Positions 12,413-25,099 of a DNA stretch of 64,000 nt are shown piece after piece. The notes under the pieces are model-generated. The model worked only from the letters and a program-made list of their open reading frames with translations, was not told where the DNA came from and made no database searches. The position numbers and the translations under genes are program-made. The stretch covers positions 124,001-188,000 of the forward strand of contig RHPI01001052.1 in assembly GCA_009103225.1 (NCBI GenBank), written 5' to 3'. The DNA comes from Chlorokybus atmophyticus (lineage: Eukaryota > Plantae > Mesostigma and Chlorokybus algae). The first letter of the stretch is position 1. Each line of letters opens with the position of its first letter.

Positions 12413-15400
12413 TGGAGCCCATTGCGGCTTTTTGTGTAATTGTATGCGTACGGCTGCCATCGGCTGTTGGCACGCACACTTGTCTCCATTGTCCATGTGC
12501 TGCAAAGTCACGAGGTTTTAATCAAGAGCACATGCTGCGTAGCACATGTCCAATGTGTGATGCAGAAGGCAGTGGAATGTTGTAGTGGCTGTTACCCTTC
12601 TTGTCTTGACTGCCAAACTTGTGCATCCAGTGTTGGTTACGAGCATATTGAACACCTCCAACCAATGGTATAGTACAACAGATGGATTGGGGCCAATCAG
12701 TCAAGCAAGCAAGCATATTCATTCCCTCTTGCATCTCTTACAACATAGCAAAGCTTGACGATACAGCACAAGCAAGGCAAAGCCGACAGGGTGGGGGGCC
12801 CCATTGGGGTATAGTTCAGTGCACTAGCGATAGACCGGGGGAGGAGTGTGGGCAGAGGGAAGGGGGAAGGGGTAGCAGCAAGCAGCAAAGGAAGCACCTG
12901 CAGTCTGCATAGCATCGCAGGTATCTATGTCGTAGGTATGTCAACAGTGGGTTCACTCACATTGCACCATGCACGCTGATTGAGTTGCTGCGAAATGCAG
13001 CGGTTGCTAGCGTGCTTGTTTTGTTGAATACGGAACCAACATGGCACTCAGTGAACAAATTAGATACAGTTTGCTCTCGTTAAGGGGCCTCGGTTAGACG
13101 TATCGCTTGGAATGAGAGCAATTTCTTTCATGAATTGGACGTGTATGAGGCAAATTTAACTCTGATCAACAGCTTGAGCACCTGCTATAGCAGTTAAAAC
13201 TGCTGATTGCTCTTACAGCGAGGGCAACATGCATAGGCTTTCCAATCACAAGCACCAGCAACATGCACCAGCACACGCAGATTCAACACACAGGCACTCA
13301 TATAGCCAGGCAGAGGACAGCTTGCTATTAAGACAGGGCAAAGGCAACCTATGTGCTTGTAGCTAAGTGCGTGCAGTGTGCAGCGCGGGAGGGGTTTGTT
13401 GTGGTAGGGCAAAGGAGAAGGGTATGAAACAGACCTGTGCGCACAGGTGCCAGGGTTAGGCCGAGGGCTTGTTGTAGACAACAGCAACCGCAACAGCAGT
13501 AAGGAGGTTGTTGGGGAGGCGGAGGGGAGTGCTGTGTTGTGCTGTGCGACTGAGGCTGCTATGTCGGAGCTGTTGTGGTCTTGTGAAGGGTGTGGTAGGA
13601 CCCGCGCTGGTTGTCATGAGTCTCCCACTGGCTGCAGTCTTTTAGGGTTGCCGTTGTGACCAAGCGTGACAGCCAGCAGCACGGTTAGCTACCGTAAGAG
13701 ATGCTGTGCATGAGATGCACACATGCACACATGTACCGTTACAGACGCACACATGAACACATGCACGGCACTGAGCTGACAGAGATCATGTGTGGGCAGA
13801 CACTCTGCTCCCCACATACTTCATAACCACACACACACACACACACACACAAAAAAAAAACCTACCTCACTCACCTGTTTGGTTCACTTACGAACGCTTG
13901 CCACCAACGCGTAGAGCCTTTGATATGTCATGTTGTAAACCATCCCGTCCAGGGGGGTGGGATACATCTTTGCGCGCAGCTTGCCCAGGAGCTCATGTGG
14001 TACCCGTAGGATGCATGTCTCTGAGTAGCTGCACCATTTCACAGAGAAAGTGCGCTGGCAAAGGGCATATGCGAATGAGCATGATGACTTGCGACACCAC
14101 GACCCCAAGTTTCATGCATGTTTGTTTCGTGTTCGTAAACTGCTTGTTGTGTGTGATGATATGACGTATGCTTGCCTGTGTATAGGGTATGTGAAGTGCT
14201 GTGTGCGCTTCTGCTAGGGGACCCTCTTTTTCACGCTATGCAGTAGACTGCACTGATTTTTTAGCTTCCTGCGCTGACAGTTGGCGTACACTACTCGCTG
14301 ACAAGTCGACTGTCGGCAACAAAAGTCACCGACAGTCGGTCCATTTCAGCTCGACCCTTGATGTAAGAGCCCCTTGGTATAAGAGCATGCAGCAGGCTCT
14401 TTCCGAACGTGGCCCTTAGATCAAGGGGCAGACATCACAGCACCTCGAACTATATACCACACCGCACTCACGGTCAGGGGTTGCCAGATGTTGTGCATGA
14501 ACCATATCTGGCAGCCCCTAGCTGATCGGAGCTGCCAGATAGGAGATTATCATTGGTGGTTTGCGATCGCGATTCCTCTGATGAGAGATGGTTGCCTCCT
14601 GGTAGCATTTGTTTGAGTAGTAGCTAAGGTGGCTGCCACGTCGGCGGCTCGGTTGGCGGCGTCGGAGGCGTAACGTGAATGAAGCTGTAGCTGCTTTGCG
14701 CCAATCAGTCCTGAAAGGTAAGGTGAGCTGCAAGCGACTGCTTTGCTTTTCGTTCCTAGTCTGCCCGTCTCCAATTTGAATGCTTGTATTCGCATGTCGT
14801 TTCGTTGTTGGTGGACACTAGGCCTGCACTCTGTTGCTTGTGTTCGGTTGCATTTGGCCTGCATGCCCATAGACTACACTATCTGCGCACAGTGCAAAGG
14901 AGCTAAACCTGAGTCTGAGCCGTTTGCATGTTCGTGGTTGTGGTTGGCTGGCTTTGCCTCTTGCATAGGTCGTCCCATGATCAGACCGCCTGTACCTGCA
15001 TTGTCCTGCTGTGTCGGTGTGAGCCACGGACATGGTCGACGCTATGGCGTCAGCTTCTAACACTGTGACACAATGCAGCTGGCAGGTTGAGTACTCCGGA
15101 AGCTGTTGAAAAGTGTGGCCTAATGTGCTCTCCCCAACAGTTGTCGTAAACGACGGAAGCCAAGACATTCACTCCTACTAGGCCATCCACGCGCCCACTG
15201 CTTAACATATTCAAAGCGCAAGGTAGCAGCATAGGCCCTCTAGCCGGCAACAACAGCACTCCTAGAGCTTGTACTCCTAGAGCTCAGCTCGCAAACGCGG
15301 TGCGACGACCACCATGTGAGCCAGGCTGCAGGCGATGGTGACCAACCTGGTATGTGAATGCATTCATCTTGAGCAATTGTCTGACGCTGCACACAATGCC

Positions 15401-15784
15401 ATGTTGTGTGCCTGCAAGCGCAACTTGGCTTATGCAGCATGGCAGCAAGGCTGTTCCGGTGGTGCTGAACACCATGAAATCTATGCTCGCACTGTGTGAG
15501 ATAGTTGCAATCAGACAGAGTGCACACTTGGCATGCTCTATCAGGGTCTTGTCTTCGTACTCACGGGCGTGTATAGGTGTGGGCATGTTGGACCGGCCAA
15601 GCTTGGATGCTTTCTTAGCGGGACTTGGCAGAGACAGGCCAGATATCAGCCCGTGACTAGAGTCCACAGTGCTGATATTGGCATTTGCTAAGTGGAGAGT
15701 ATTAGTGCCTTAGCAAAGTGGTTGTTTGCTCGTTGCCGTGAGAGCAACGGTGGCAGGAAGTAGCAACATCACGGTGGTGGCGGC

Positions 15785-18532
15785 ATGGACAACATTATTG
15801 GTATGATGAGCAAGGCGGTGGCTCATGTAAGCGGGCGAAGTGACGGTGGAAAGGGACAGGGTCACCACCAAGGTGGCCACCAGCAACAGAGCCAGCACCA
15901 TGGTGGAGGTGGAGGTGGCCATGGTCATGGTCGTGGTCATGGTGGTCATGGTGATGTTGCTGGAGGAGAGGCTGCTCACGGTGGTGGGATGGACGAATGT
16001 GCTTGCGCTCCTAGGGTGGCGCCAGACGAGCTGGGTGTGGTGGGCCAGCTCAGCGCCAAGCTGGTCAAGCAGCGGCCCAGGATCCTACTGACGCCTGACC
16101 ACGTCGAGTTCCTTCGCCAGGCCAAGAACGGCCGCCTGGGGTATGCCTACAAGCAGCTGATCAAGGCGGCTGACAACGGGCTGAACCCCCCTGATGATGG
16201 CGCCGCCCGCCAGGGCGCCACCACGGGCACCGCCAGGCAATTCCTGGACCACACCACGGCGATGGCCCTGGCCTATCGCCTCTCGGACGACCCCAAGTAC
16301 CTAGAGGGCGTGCGCAGGAACTGCCTGCAGCTTGCCGCCGCTGCCCCGGACGTCTGGATCCCCGGCAAACCCAACCCCGGCTACATGGTCACAGCACAGT
16401 ACTGCTTAGGCATGTCCTGCGCTCTCGACTGGTGCTTCAAAGACCTTTCCAAGGAGGACCGCCAGGCCATGTGGGCGGCCGTGCGTGACAAGGTGCTTCG
16501 CCCAGGCCTGGATTTTTTCCGCACCAACACCCATTTCGACAAGTTGTTTAACAACATTGGCCTCATCGGCAACACCGGCTTCGTTGTTGCCGCCCTCACC
16601 TTCTATGAGTTCGGCCCCGAGCTCTGTCAGGAAGTCTTTGGCTTTGCCAGCGCTGGTGCGCAGAATGTCATGCGCTGCTTTGGCCCCAGCGGCGGCTGGT
16701 TTGAGGTATGCTAGGCTTTGGAAGGTGCAACACAGTTCATCATCGTGCTGCATATGCACGTTTGCGTGTGAGCACATGCACGAGCATGTTTGCATGCATG
16801 CGTGCTTGTGCGCATGTGCGTGCATTTGTCATGGCGTGCCTGTTCGTGCCCGTGCCTGTGTATGTGCGCGTGCATGCGAGTCCATGCCATGCACTATGGT
16901 TGTTGTGTCCAACATTGCAACTTGTTGCAGGGACCCATGTACTGGTCGTTTGCTTCTTGGTTTGCAGCCATCTTCTGCGCATCATTGGACTCTGCGCTGG
17001 GCGATGACTTGGGTATAGCAAGCACACCAGGTTTCCGTGAAACTGCTGAGTACCGCCGCCATCACATTTCACCGTGTCTTAGAAGCTTCAACTATTCTGA
17101 CAGCGGTGGCGACAAACCACTCAGGTAAGCAACGTGCAATTGCAATAGTCAATGCAAGTTGGAGCAAGTTGAGTTAAGCGCGATGCGCCACTTGTGCAGC
17201 GCCTACGCTTCGCTGTATCTGGCCAAAAAGTTCAATGATCCTGCTGTGTACTACCACGAAAGTGAGATGCATGCCACTGGTGGTCCATTCAGACTCATCT
17301 TCAGCAGCCCAGAGGTGGGTACATGGCTAGTTAAAAGTTTGCAGGTCGGTTGTCGGTGTGAAGACGTGTGACACTTTATGTCGAGCATGCAGGTTGTCAA
17401 TGCACCCAAGTTGCCGGTAGGCCATGGCTGCCCGCTTGACGCACAGTTTCATGGTCACGACGTCGACCTGGCCTTTTTCCGTACGTCGTGGACTGACAGT
17501 AATGCGGCTTATCTTGCCATGAAGACAGGTCAGCATCACTGCAAGTAGCTTGGTGCTTCTGTGCAAGCGAGTATATTGCTGTCGCGGCTCGCTGCACGCT
17601 TGAATGCTCATGTTGGTGTGTTTGCAGGACGCACGCCGTACAAGCCTCAAGGTGGTCATTACCACTTAGACTTGGGCGGCTTTGTGTTCGAAGCCATGGG
17701 TGTGCGTTGGTTCACAGATTTTGGCAGTGACTCGTACCAACTCAAGGGCTACTTCGGCCCGAAAAGGTTCCAGTTCTACCGGTTGCGCACAGAGGGTCAT
17801 AATACGGTGGCTGTGTCCACTGAGCCCCAGCGCCCTCTGCATGTTGCCAGTATGGCTCTAGGCCGCGACGCTCCCATCCTCGCGTGGGCATCCAGTCCAC
17901 AGCGCAGCCACGTGACAGTTGACCTGACCGGCCCGTGGAAGGAGTCACTGCAAGGCGTGTACCGTGGGCTTGCGCTGCTCAAATCCCAGCAGCAGCCAGG
18001 TAGTAGCGCGGAGGTCTCTCTCCTTGTGCAGGACGATATCAAGCCCAAGGCCGGGGAACCCGTGGATGTCATATCGATGTTCCACACCCAAGCGGAGATT
18101 AACATCGGTCCCAACGGCCGCTCTGTTCAGCTCTCTGAAGATGGGAAGACACTCTTTGGCCAGATACTGAGCCCACCAAATGCCACATTTCAGACCATGA
18201 CATGCAATCCGCAGCCGTTGAACCTCACGGTGAGCTTGGTGCTGGGTGCCTTGGTGCTGTCTGTGTTTTGGTTTGGTTTGGCACTGATCGTGGTGTTCAT
18301 GGCGGCTGACATTGTAAAACGTCATCTGCAGCCTCCCAACACACCGCAGGAGAGCGACAACGCAGGCTACACAAACCTCTTCGTGCGCCCAGACCAGATG
18401 ATGTCAGAGAAGTTCACCATCGCGGTGTTGTTCTCAACTTCGAGGGAGAATGCGCCGCCTGCCCCTAGCGAACTGACACCGGTTGCTGTGTGGACGGGCA
18501 GGGCCAACATTCCGGTTCCGGAGAACAAGTAG
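15785..18532 (+). CDS. heparinase II/III-like polysaccharide lyase (alpha-toroid plus Hepar_II_III-type C-terminal domain), 5-6 exons
   Basis: RPRILLT...MALAYRLSDDPKYLE...ALDWC; NNIGLIGNTG...FGPSGGWFE|GPMYWSFA; SFNYSDSG; AFFRTSWTD..AAYLAMKTG; GGHYHLDLGGFVFEAMGVRWFTDFGSDSYQLKGYFGPKRFQFYRLRTEGHNTV. These match the conserved layout of bacterial heparinase II/III-family proteins. The GT-AG introns preserve the frame. Confidence 0.8.
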
Positions 18533-19171
18533 TACGTAGCTGTAGCTGATCAGCAATCGCCTTGCTGGTTACATGGTAGTCTGCAGCTGCGACCCTCGCA
18601 ATTGCTGGATGGATTGGCCTTGTTTAGCGTCGTCGTTGTATTATATGGGGAAGGTTGTGAAGTGTGCTGAGGCAGGCTTTGGCAGGTCATGGTCGCGTGT
18701 GTTACTGATGTTGCCATATACAAGCATGCACCTGCAATCTGTGCATCTCAATACCACGTGCGAAACGAGTTATTGCACACTAACACGGCAGTAATTGTTC
18801 ACAGAGTCAAGAGGAGTGTGCCTGACTAATGCCAGAAGCTCGGCTGATGAACATGTACGAATGACTGGGTGTTGAGAATGGGTTGCAACTGCGTTGTTAG
18901 GTGCAAGGCAGTGTCAACCATACCAGAGCACTGACTCCCTCAGCAGCACACCCAGCTGGAGCAGGTGCAGCGAGGAAGACAGTGCCTCATCCGCACGCAA
19001 AGCATGTAGTCAACACGCATGACACGAACTCGTCACATGAGATATATCTGTGTGTCTATCAGATGCATAGCGCAAAGCACCCAAACACCACGTGGCATGT
19101 GCACACGCAAAGCGAGAACATAGTGAATACGCTCGCATATGCAACGCTGCAAAGTGCGATAACCACCCCCT

Positions 19172-19816
19172 NNNNNNNNNNNNNNNNNNNNNNNNNNNNN
19201 NNNNNNNNNNNNNNNNNNNNNNNNNNNNNNNNNNNNNNNNNNNNNNNNNNNNNNNNNNNNNNNNNNNNNNNNNNNNNNNNNNNNNNNNNNNNNNNNNNNN
19301 NNNNNNNNNNNNNNNNNNNNNNNNNNNNNNNNNNNNNNNNNNNNNNNNNNNNNNNNNNNNNNNNNNNNNNNNNNNNNNNNNNNNNNNNNNNNNNNNNNNN
19401 NNNNNNNNNNNNNNNNNNNNNNNNNNNNNNNNNNNNNNNNNNNNNNNNNNNNNNNNNNNNNNNNNNNNNNNNNNNNNNNNNNNNNNNNNNNNNNNNNNNN
19501 NNNNNNNNNNNNNNNNNNNNNNNNNNNNNNNNNNNNNNNNNNNNNNNNNNNNNNNNNNNNNNNNNNNNNNNNNNNNNNNNNNNNNNNNNNNNNNNNNNNN
19601 NNNNNNNNNNNNNNNNNNNNNNNNNNNNNNNNNNNNNNNNNNNNNNNNNNNNNNNNNNNNNNNNNNNNNNNNNNNNNNNNNNNNNNNNNNNNNNNNNNNN
19701 NNNNNNNNNNNNNNNNNNNNNNNNNNNNNNNNNNNNNNNNNNNNNNNNNNNNNNNNNNNNNNNNNNNNNNNNNNNNNNNNNNNNNNNNNNNNNNNNNNNN
19801 NNNNNNNNNNNNNNNN
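19172..19816. other. assembly gap (N run)
   Basis: 645 consecutive N. Confidence 1.
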
Positions 19817-20624
19817 TCTAGTAGTCAACTTCAGGACAGCAGCAACAATCAAAGCAAAGATTAGGGGACAGAAACCAGCTCTAGCTTACACTACTAAACA
19901 GCTATATCGATTGAATGCAGCTGTTTCGAGCACCGCCATTGCGGAGGTGTGATGTGGGCTGTGCGGGTGTGGCAGGCATTGCACAAAGTCCAGAGGCTTT
20001 TGATGGATCAGTTGGCCAAGAGGGGATCAACAGTGTCGTTGTCTTCATCAACTTGTTGTGCTTCAAACTGCTGTGTGCGCTGCATCTGCTCACCCCTGGC
20101 ACTCTGTGCAGATTGAATTCAACCCAGGGGCAGTCACTTGCTGGCTTAGCCTATTGATGATTGTTTTACGGCGAAGGCACTGGCCTAGTGTAGTGTACAG
20201 CTAGCTACAGGTCTCTCTCCTGTTGACTTTATCGTGCTTCCAGCCAATGAATAAACTAGCAACCTGCTTGGCATAGACTGAATTTGAGACTACTTGGAGT
20301 TATTATATCCAGCGCTGTGAGTGTTGTGTGCGCTGCAGGTGCCCTGTATATTGTGTGCACGTATCCACCAGCAGTTGGCATACCTTTGTGGTACGGGACG
20401 AGTATTGCAGCAATATCACATCACCATCATTCTTTACCGCTGTGTGTGAGGCGCATGGTGCCGGTGCGTGGAGCAGCTTCCTGCGAGGCTGCCAGCAGCA
20501 AAGCATGTGCACTGCAGTGGGGACTGTAACAACAATAATCCCTCATGAGGCGGATGCAGCGCTTGCGATTGCGGGTGGGCGTGTGGTGGCATGATCATGT
20601 TGATGTGCAGGGAGGCATCGGTAA

Positions 20625-20880
<256 letters not shown>

Positions 20881-23167
20881 NAAAAGGTGCAAGGCGGGTT
20901 CCGTTTCATGCATGCAAGGCACACCGCATTCAAAACACACATGTGCATGCAGTCAGTACATCACCACCAACACATTCTCGCATACAACACCATCGGGCTA
21001 CATGCTAACCTGCTGCTAGTTACTAAGTATGACACTAACTATTCACCTACCCCGTTAGGCATGCGTGCATGGTATGTCACAACGGTTATATTACCTGCAC
21101 GCATGTGTACCAGAGGTATGCCGTGCTGTTTTGCGTGTGCAACTGTGCAAATGATCATGCTGCTGCAAGCACATGGCTCACATGTTGCACAAGCCACAAT
21201 ATCACTGCCACAATGACGACCGCCGGGCTATCACTCGCTACCCACGCAGCTACTGCACTACCACTACCTGCCCCGTTGAACATGCGTGTGCATAGGTGTC
21301 CAGTTACCTGCACAACCAGCACCTGTTCAGTCTTCACAGCAGCCAGACAGCAACAGCAAGGCAAACACATGACGCGGACTGCACGCTCTCCTTGGCGGCA
21401 CGGTCCTACCATCCTGGTGCTTCCCTCCCTTGTTGAATAAAGGATGTTGCATCAGCTATGGATGAAAGTTTAGGGCTTTGTGAATGAAACTGGCGGGTAA
21501 CAATCTTCCCTCCCCCCCCCACCTCCTTGTCTCCTCCCCCCTCCTGCACTCTCTCCGATGCGCAGGTCAGCAGCGCACGTGTTGCCAGCAGCTGGCAGTG
21601 ATGGTGCTATTGAGGTGTGCGCTGGTGGTGGTGGCAACAGCGGATGTTAAAGAAGGGGGGGGGGGCAGCTATTCGACTCGTTGGGTAGTGGGGTGTGGCT
21701 TGTGTCCGCCACAAGCGGCGCCAATCGGCGCTGCGCAAACATACTGCATTGCCAAGCTGCATGTTCCACGCATCTAGTGTCGTATGGTGAAGTGTGTCCG
21801 ATGCAGTTAACACCATCTTGTACAACATTATCGGTGGTGGCGTGCTATAGATGGAGCCGTCGACCCTCAGCATGCACACCCACAGTGTCGCTAGCAGGTG
21901 CTTGAGGTTGGATATCAGCTTGCCATGGCCACCAGCAAACAGTCATACACTTGGTGTGTACACTTGGTCCTCACAAATCATATACTTATAGCACATGTAT
22001 GTCTACCTCCATGTAAGTATATGGTATATCTACATGTATACAAGTATGTTTGATACTTGTTCAAAAAATGAGATCGATTGCAGCACGCCTTTATAAGCAT
22101 AGTATACCTATAGCCACGCGCTTGTTGCAATTGTACATGCATGTGTATGTGCGTGATTGCTGTCACATGCGTATACTGTTTTGTGGTAGCCTGTGACCTA
22201 CTTGTGGCGTCATGCGCATGTATCATGCCTTGAGCTCAAGAAAACTAGTGACGCAAGCACTCCACACAAATATGCAAAGCTATAAGCACGCATATCTCCA
22301 CATGCATCAACGTTCAATACCTGCGACAGTACATCGGATAGCTGGGCGTAATTGTTCATGTAGGCAAACATCAATTGCAAATGGTCGTGCCAATGGATAC
22401 AAGTGTTGGTTGCCAATCATGCCATGCGCGTACAGGAGTTGGAGCAGGACACCAAGCGTGTTTTCTGGGCAATTGCACTGCACTGAGTTTGACGTCACGG
22501 TGGTCAGTTGCTGGCCATAGAAAGCAGCTGCCGCCGCCATCAACAACCGGGCTCAGGTGTGTGAGCCCATGTCTACATCATCTAGACGTTGGTACATGAT
22601 GCGTGCGTGCGTGGCGTTCACACAAAACACTATGTCATATTGCTGCCGGACAAGATCAGGTCCTGTCAAGAAAGAATCACGCTTAGCTACCAGTGTCTGC
22701 GTACGTAATGCGATGTGGTGACGCTTGACTCTACTAGATTCACCCAGGGCGTTGCTTGATCACGTGTGCCATGCAGAGACCTACTTCCCGTCGGTGCACC
22801 ATCATCGCAGTCAGTGCGCTCATGGCTATGTGCAAACGTCCTGCCATTTGCTAGCAGTCTGTTAGCGATGTAAGCAGGCGATAAGGAGGGTCGCAGCAAA
22901 GCAGTTCAACTTCATCATCATCGCTTTGCTGTCTGTCTGATGTGCAGCTTGCAAATGCATGGTACTTGCCTACGTGTGGGAGCCTTGCTGCTGAAGTGGG
23001 CTCCGAGCTTGGAGGTGACTGATGCGCATGCACGCTCTGGTGCGACAAGATTGCAACGTTGCAACTGCACTCTCACAGTATGCCCATGCGAGCAACCACT
23101 CAATATTACACCACAGTAGAGGCTGGCATGCTTGTTCTGCTGCGTAGGACAACAGTCCTGCATACTA

Positions 23168-23168
<1 letters not shown>

Positions 23169-23264
<96 letters not shown>
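23169..23264. repeat. poly-C tract, 96 nt
   Basis: Homopolymer abutting a single N (23265); possibly a sequencing or assembly artefact. Confidence 0.85.
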
Positions 23265-23265
23265 N

Positions 23266-23826
23266 AGATCGTCCTGTCCACCTGGAACTCCATTGCAATC
23301 TTGCCGAACCAGTCGCTGTCGCGTCCCAGGTCCAGCGAGACGCCGTGGTCTCTACCACCTTTGACTGCGGGGTGCATTGCAGCATGCAGTTGGACCAACG
23401 GGCAACACTCCAACTTCGGGTTGTGGGCGACACTGAATCCAGTATCAGCGTTTGAGAAAGGGATTCTTTGAGAGTAAGCGGTATGCACGCCGTTCCCTCG
23501 CGGGTACCCTTGTGGAGACACTGTAACGGACTGCCACGGATGGGTGGGGCTTATCAGCCACCCGCAACAGCTGCAGTGTCGCAGTGGTCCACCACATGGC
23601 AGCATGTGTGTATCTATCTAGCGACGTCGTGGCTTGGTTATTGAGCTTGAGTGCGAGGCGCCACGGCCCGCCGGGAGCGTTGCTTTTGTTACACCCTTCG
23701 CAAGGGTGTAATGAGGCCCCGCCCTGGCTGGGCAAACTGTGAGGGGGAAATGATCCAGACTTGGCTGTGCTGAACGGTGCGCAGACGAGTCCTCAGGACG
23801 CCGCTGGTCGCAGCAGGCGTCGCCAT
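23266..23826 (-). pseudogene. MATH/TRAF-like domain protein, frameshifted (copy 2, inverted paralog of 290-912)
   Basis: Shares with copy 1 the gcagtgATGGCGACGCCT start, APGGPWRLALKL, AAMWWTTATLQLLRV, and GVSLDLG..DWFG...EFQVD. It carries its own frameshifts (e.g. +1 nt after RVPA), and its 3' end is lost into the N/poly-C. Confidence 0.5.
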
Positions 23827-25099
23827 CACTGCTTTACAACTTGAAACACAAGGCAAAATAGTGAACGCTTGGCAACGCTTGCCAATGCCAGCGATGGGAC
23901 GACAAAGACAAGGTGATTATGCACGTCGCTTGCATGCACTACAAGCAACACAACGCCATGCAATGGTTTCGTCTTGCATCCGACCAGCATGGACTGGACC
24001 AAGCTGCTGTGCAAGTACTCGCTTCCGAGTGACTTTGAGTGCCCACCACTATCGCCCACATAACCATCCACACACGCACAATGGGCACACGATGCAGGGA
24101 TGTGCACAGTGTCAAGGCCAGCTCTTGTAGTTGCTCACCAAAACTTGAAGGGTCCTGCGCTCACCAACCAGAGCCGGAGGCTTCTCCCCAAGCTCCCCGA
24201 GCTCGGGCAGGGTGGTGTATACCACCACTGGCTGTTACGTCAGTCGCATAGTCCTGCACAACGGCGAAGCATGCACGCCACCCGCACTGCCTCCAACGGC
24301 GGTCGTCGCATCTGTGCTGATGTGGCAGCCCCTCAAGGTGCGTACACTGTACGCATCTGTTTTTGTTTTTGTTTTTGTTTCTTTAGCTTTTCTTGAGCTG
24401 GCTGAGCTGGCTAGGGCTTCAGCGCCGACGACGCAAGGGGTTTGGTAGGCTTTGATGATGGTCACATCATGGCGTTGTTGACGGGTCTTGGAGCGACGCC
24501 TGTCACTGCTGCCTGCCTGCGCCGCGGACAGACACTGCCCCCGATCGAAAGCTACCAGCCTTGACAGTGCCTTGCATCTCGCCTGCCATTACATCAACGC
24601 GCTGTGCAAGGGTAGTAATGTCTCAACATGGGCACTTCTGGTCCGTGTTGGGACAAATGCTATACAGGCAGCCAGAGAGAGAGAGAGAGCATGTGTCTAA
24701 CGTACTAATGCAGCGTGCATCATGTTTCGCACAGGTTCAACACGGCTTGCATTCCATCATACTCTATCACATGTACCTACACTCGCGTGACCTGCCTACG
24801 CATAGTGCACCACCGCGCTCGCACGCACAACCACACGGCACAAAAGCAGAACATGGCATGTTCTGTGGGTGTATGTTATGGGTGAATGTCATGGCACAAC
24901 ATACAAGCTCCACACACTCAAGCAAGACATGTATGTCACAATGAAGACATGTCAGATCAAGAGAACTTTTCACAACCATTGATATCGCATTGCATGGTCA
25001 CGCACAATCGTCATACTATCTTTGAAGAACTTCACGTGGGGTTTGCAAGGAATTGCAAGAGACTCATAGACATATGAGTCATATGTCTCAGCTATATGA

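Noticed and set aside
13020-13140. Possible snoRNA/snRNA (TTGCTCTC...GAGAGCAA stem)
   Set aside because: A short stem only; no recognisable box motifs or U-snRNA sequence.
14550-15700. Several 70-127-aa ORFs upstream of the lyase
   Set aside because: No motifs and no consistent exon chain; may be UTR or intron sequence of the lyase.
18901-19952. Long ORFs spanning the N gap
   Set aside because: They are open only because N codons contain no stops.
22918-23605. Poly-Gly/poly-Pro ORFs
   Set aside because: Products of the poly-C tract next to an N; probably artefactual in length.
24380-24570. Weak SAM-domain-like fragment (ELAEL..FSADDARGLVGFDDGHIMALL)
   Set aside because: Requires a frameshift, is short, and similarity is unconvincing.
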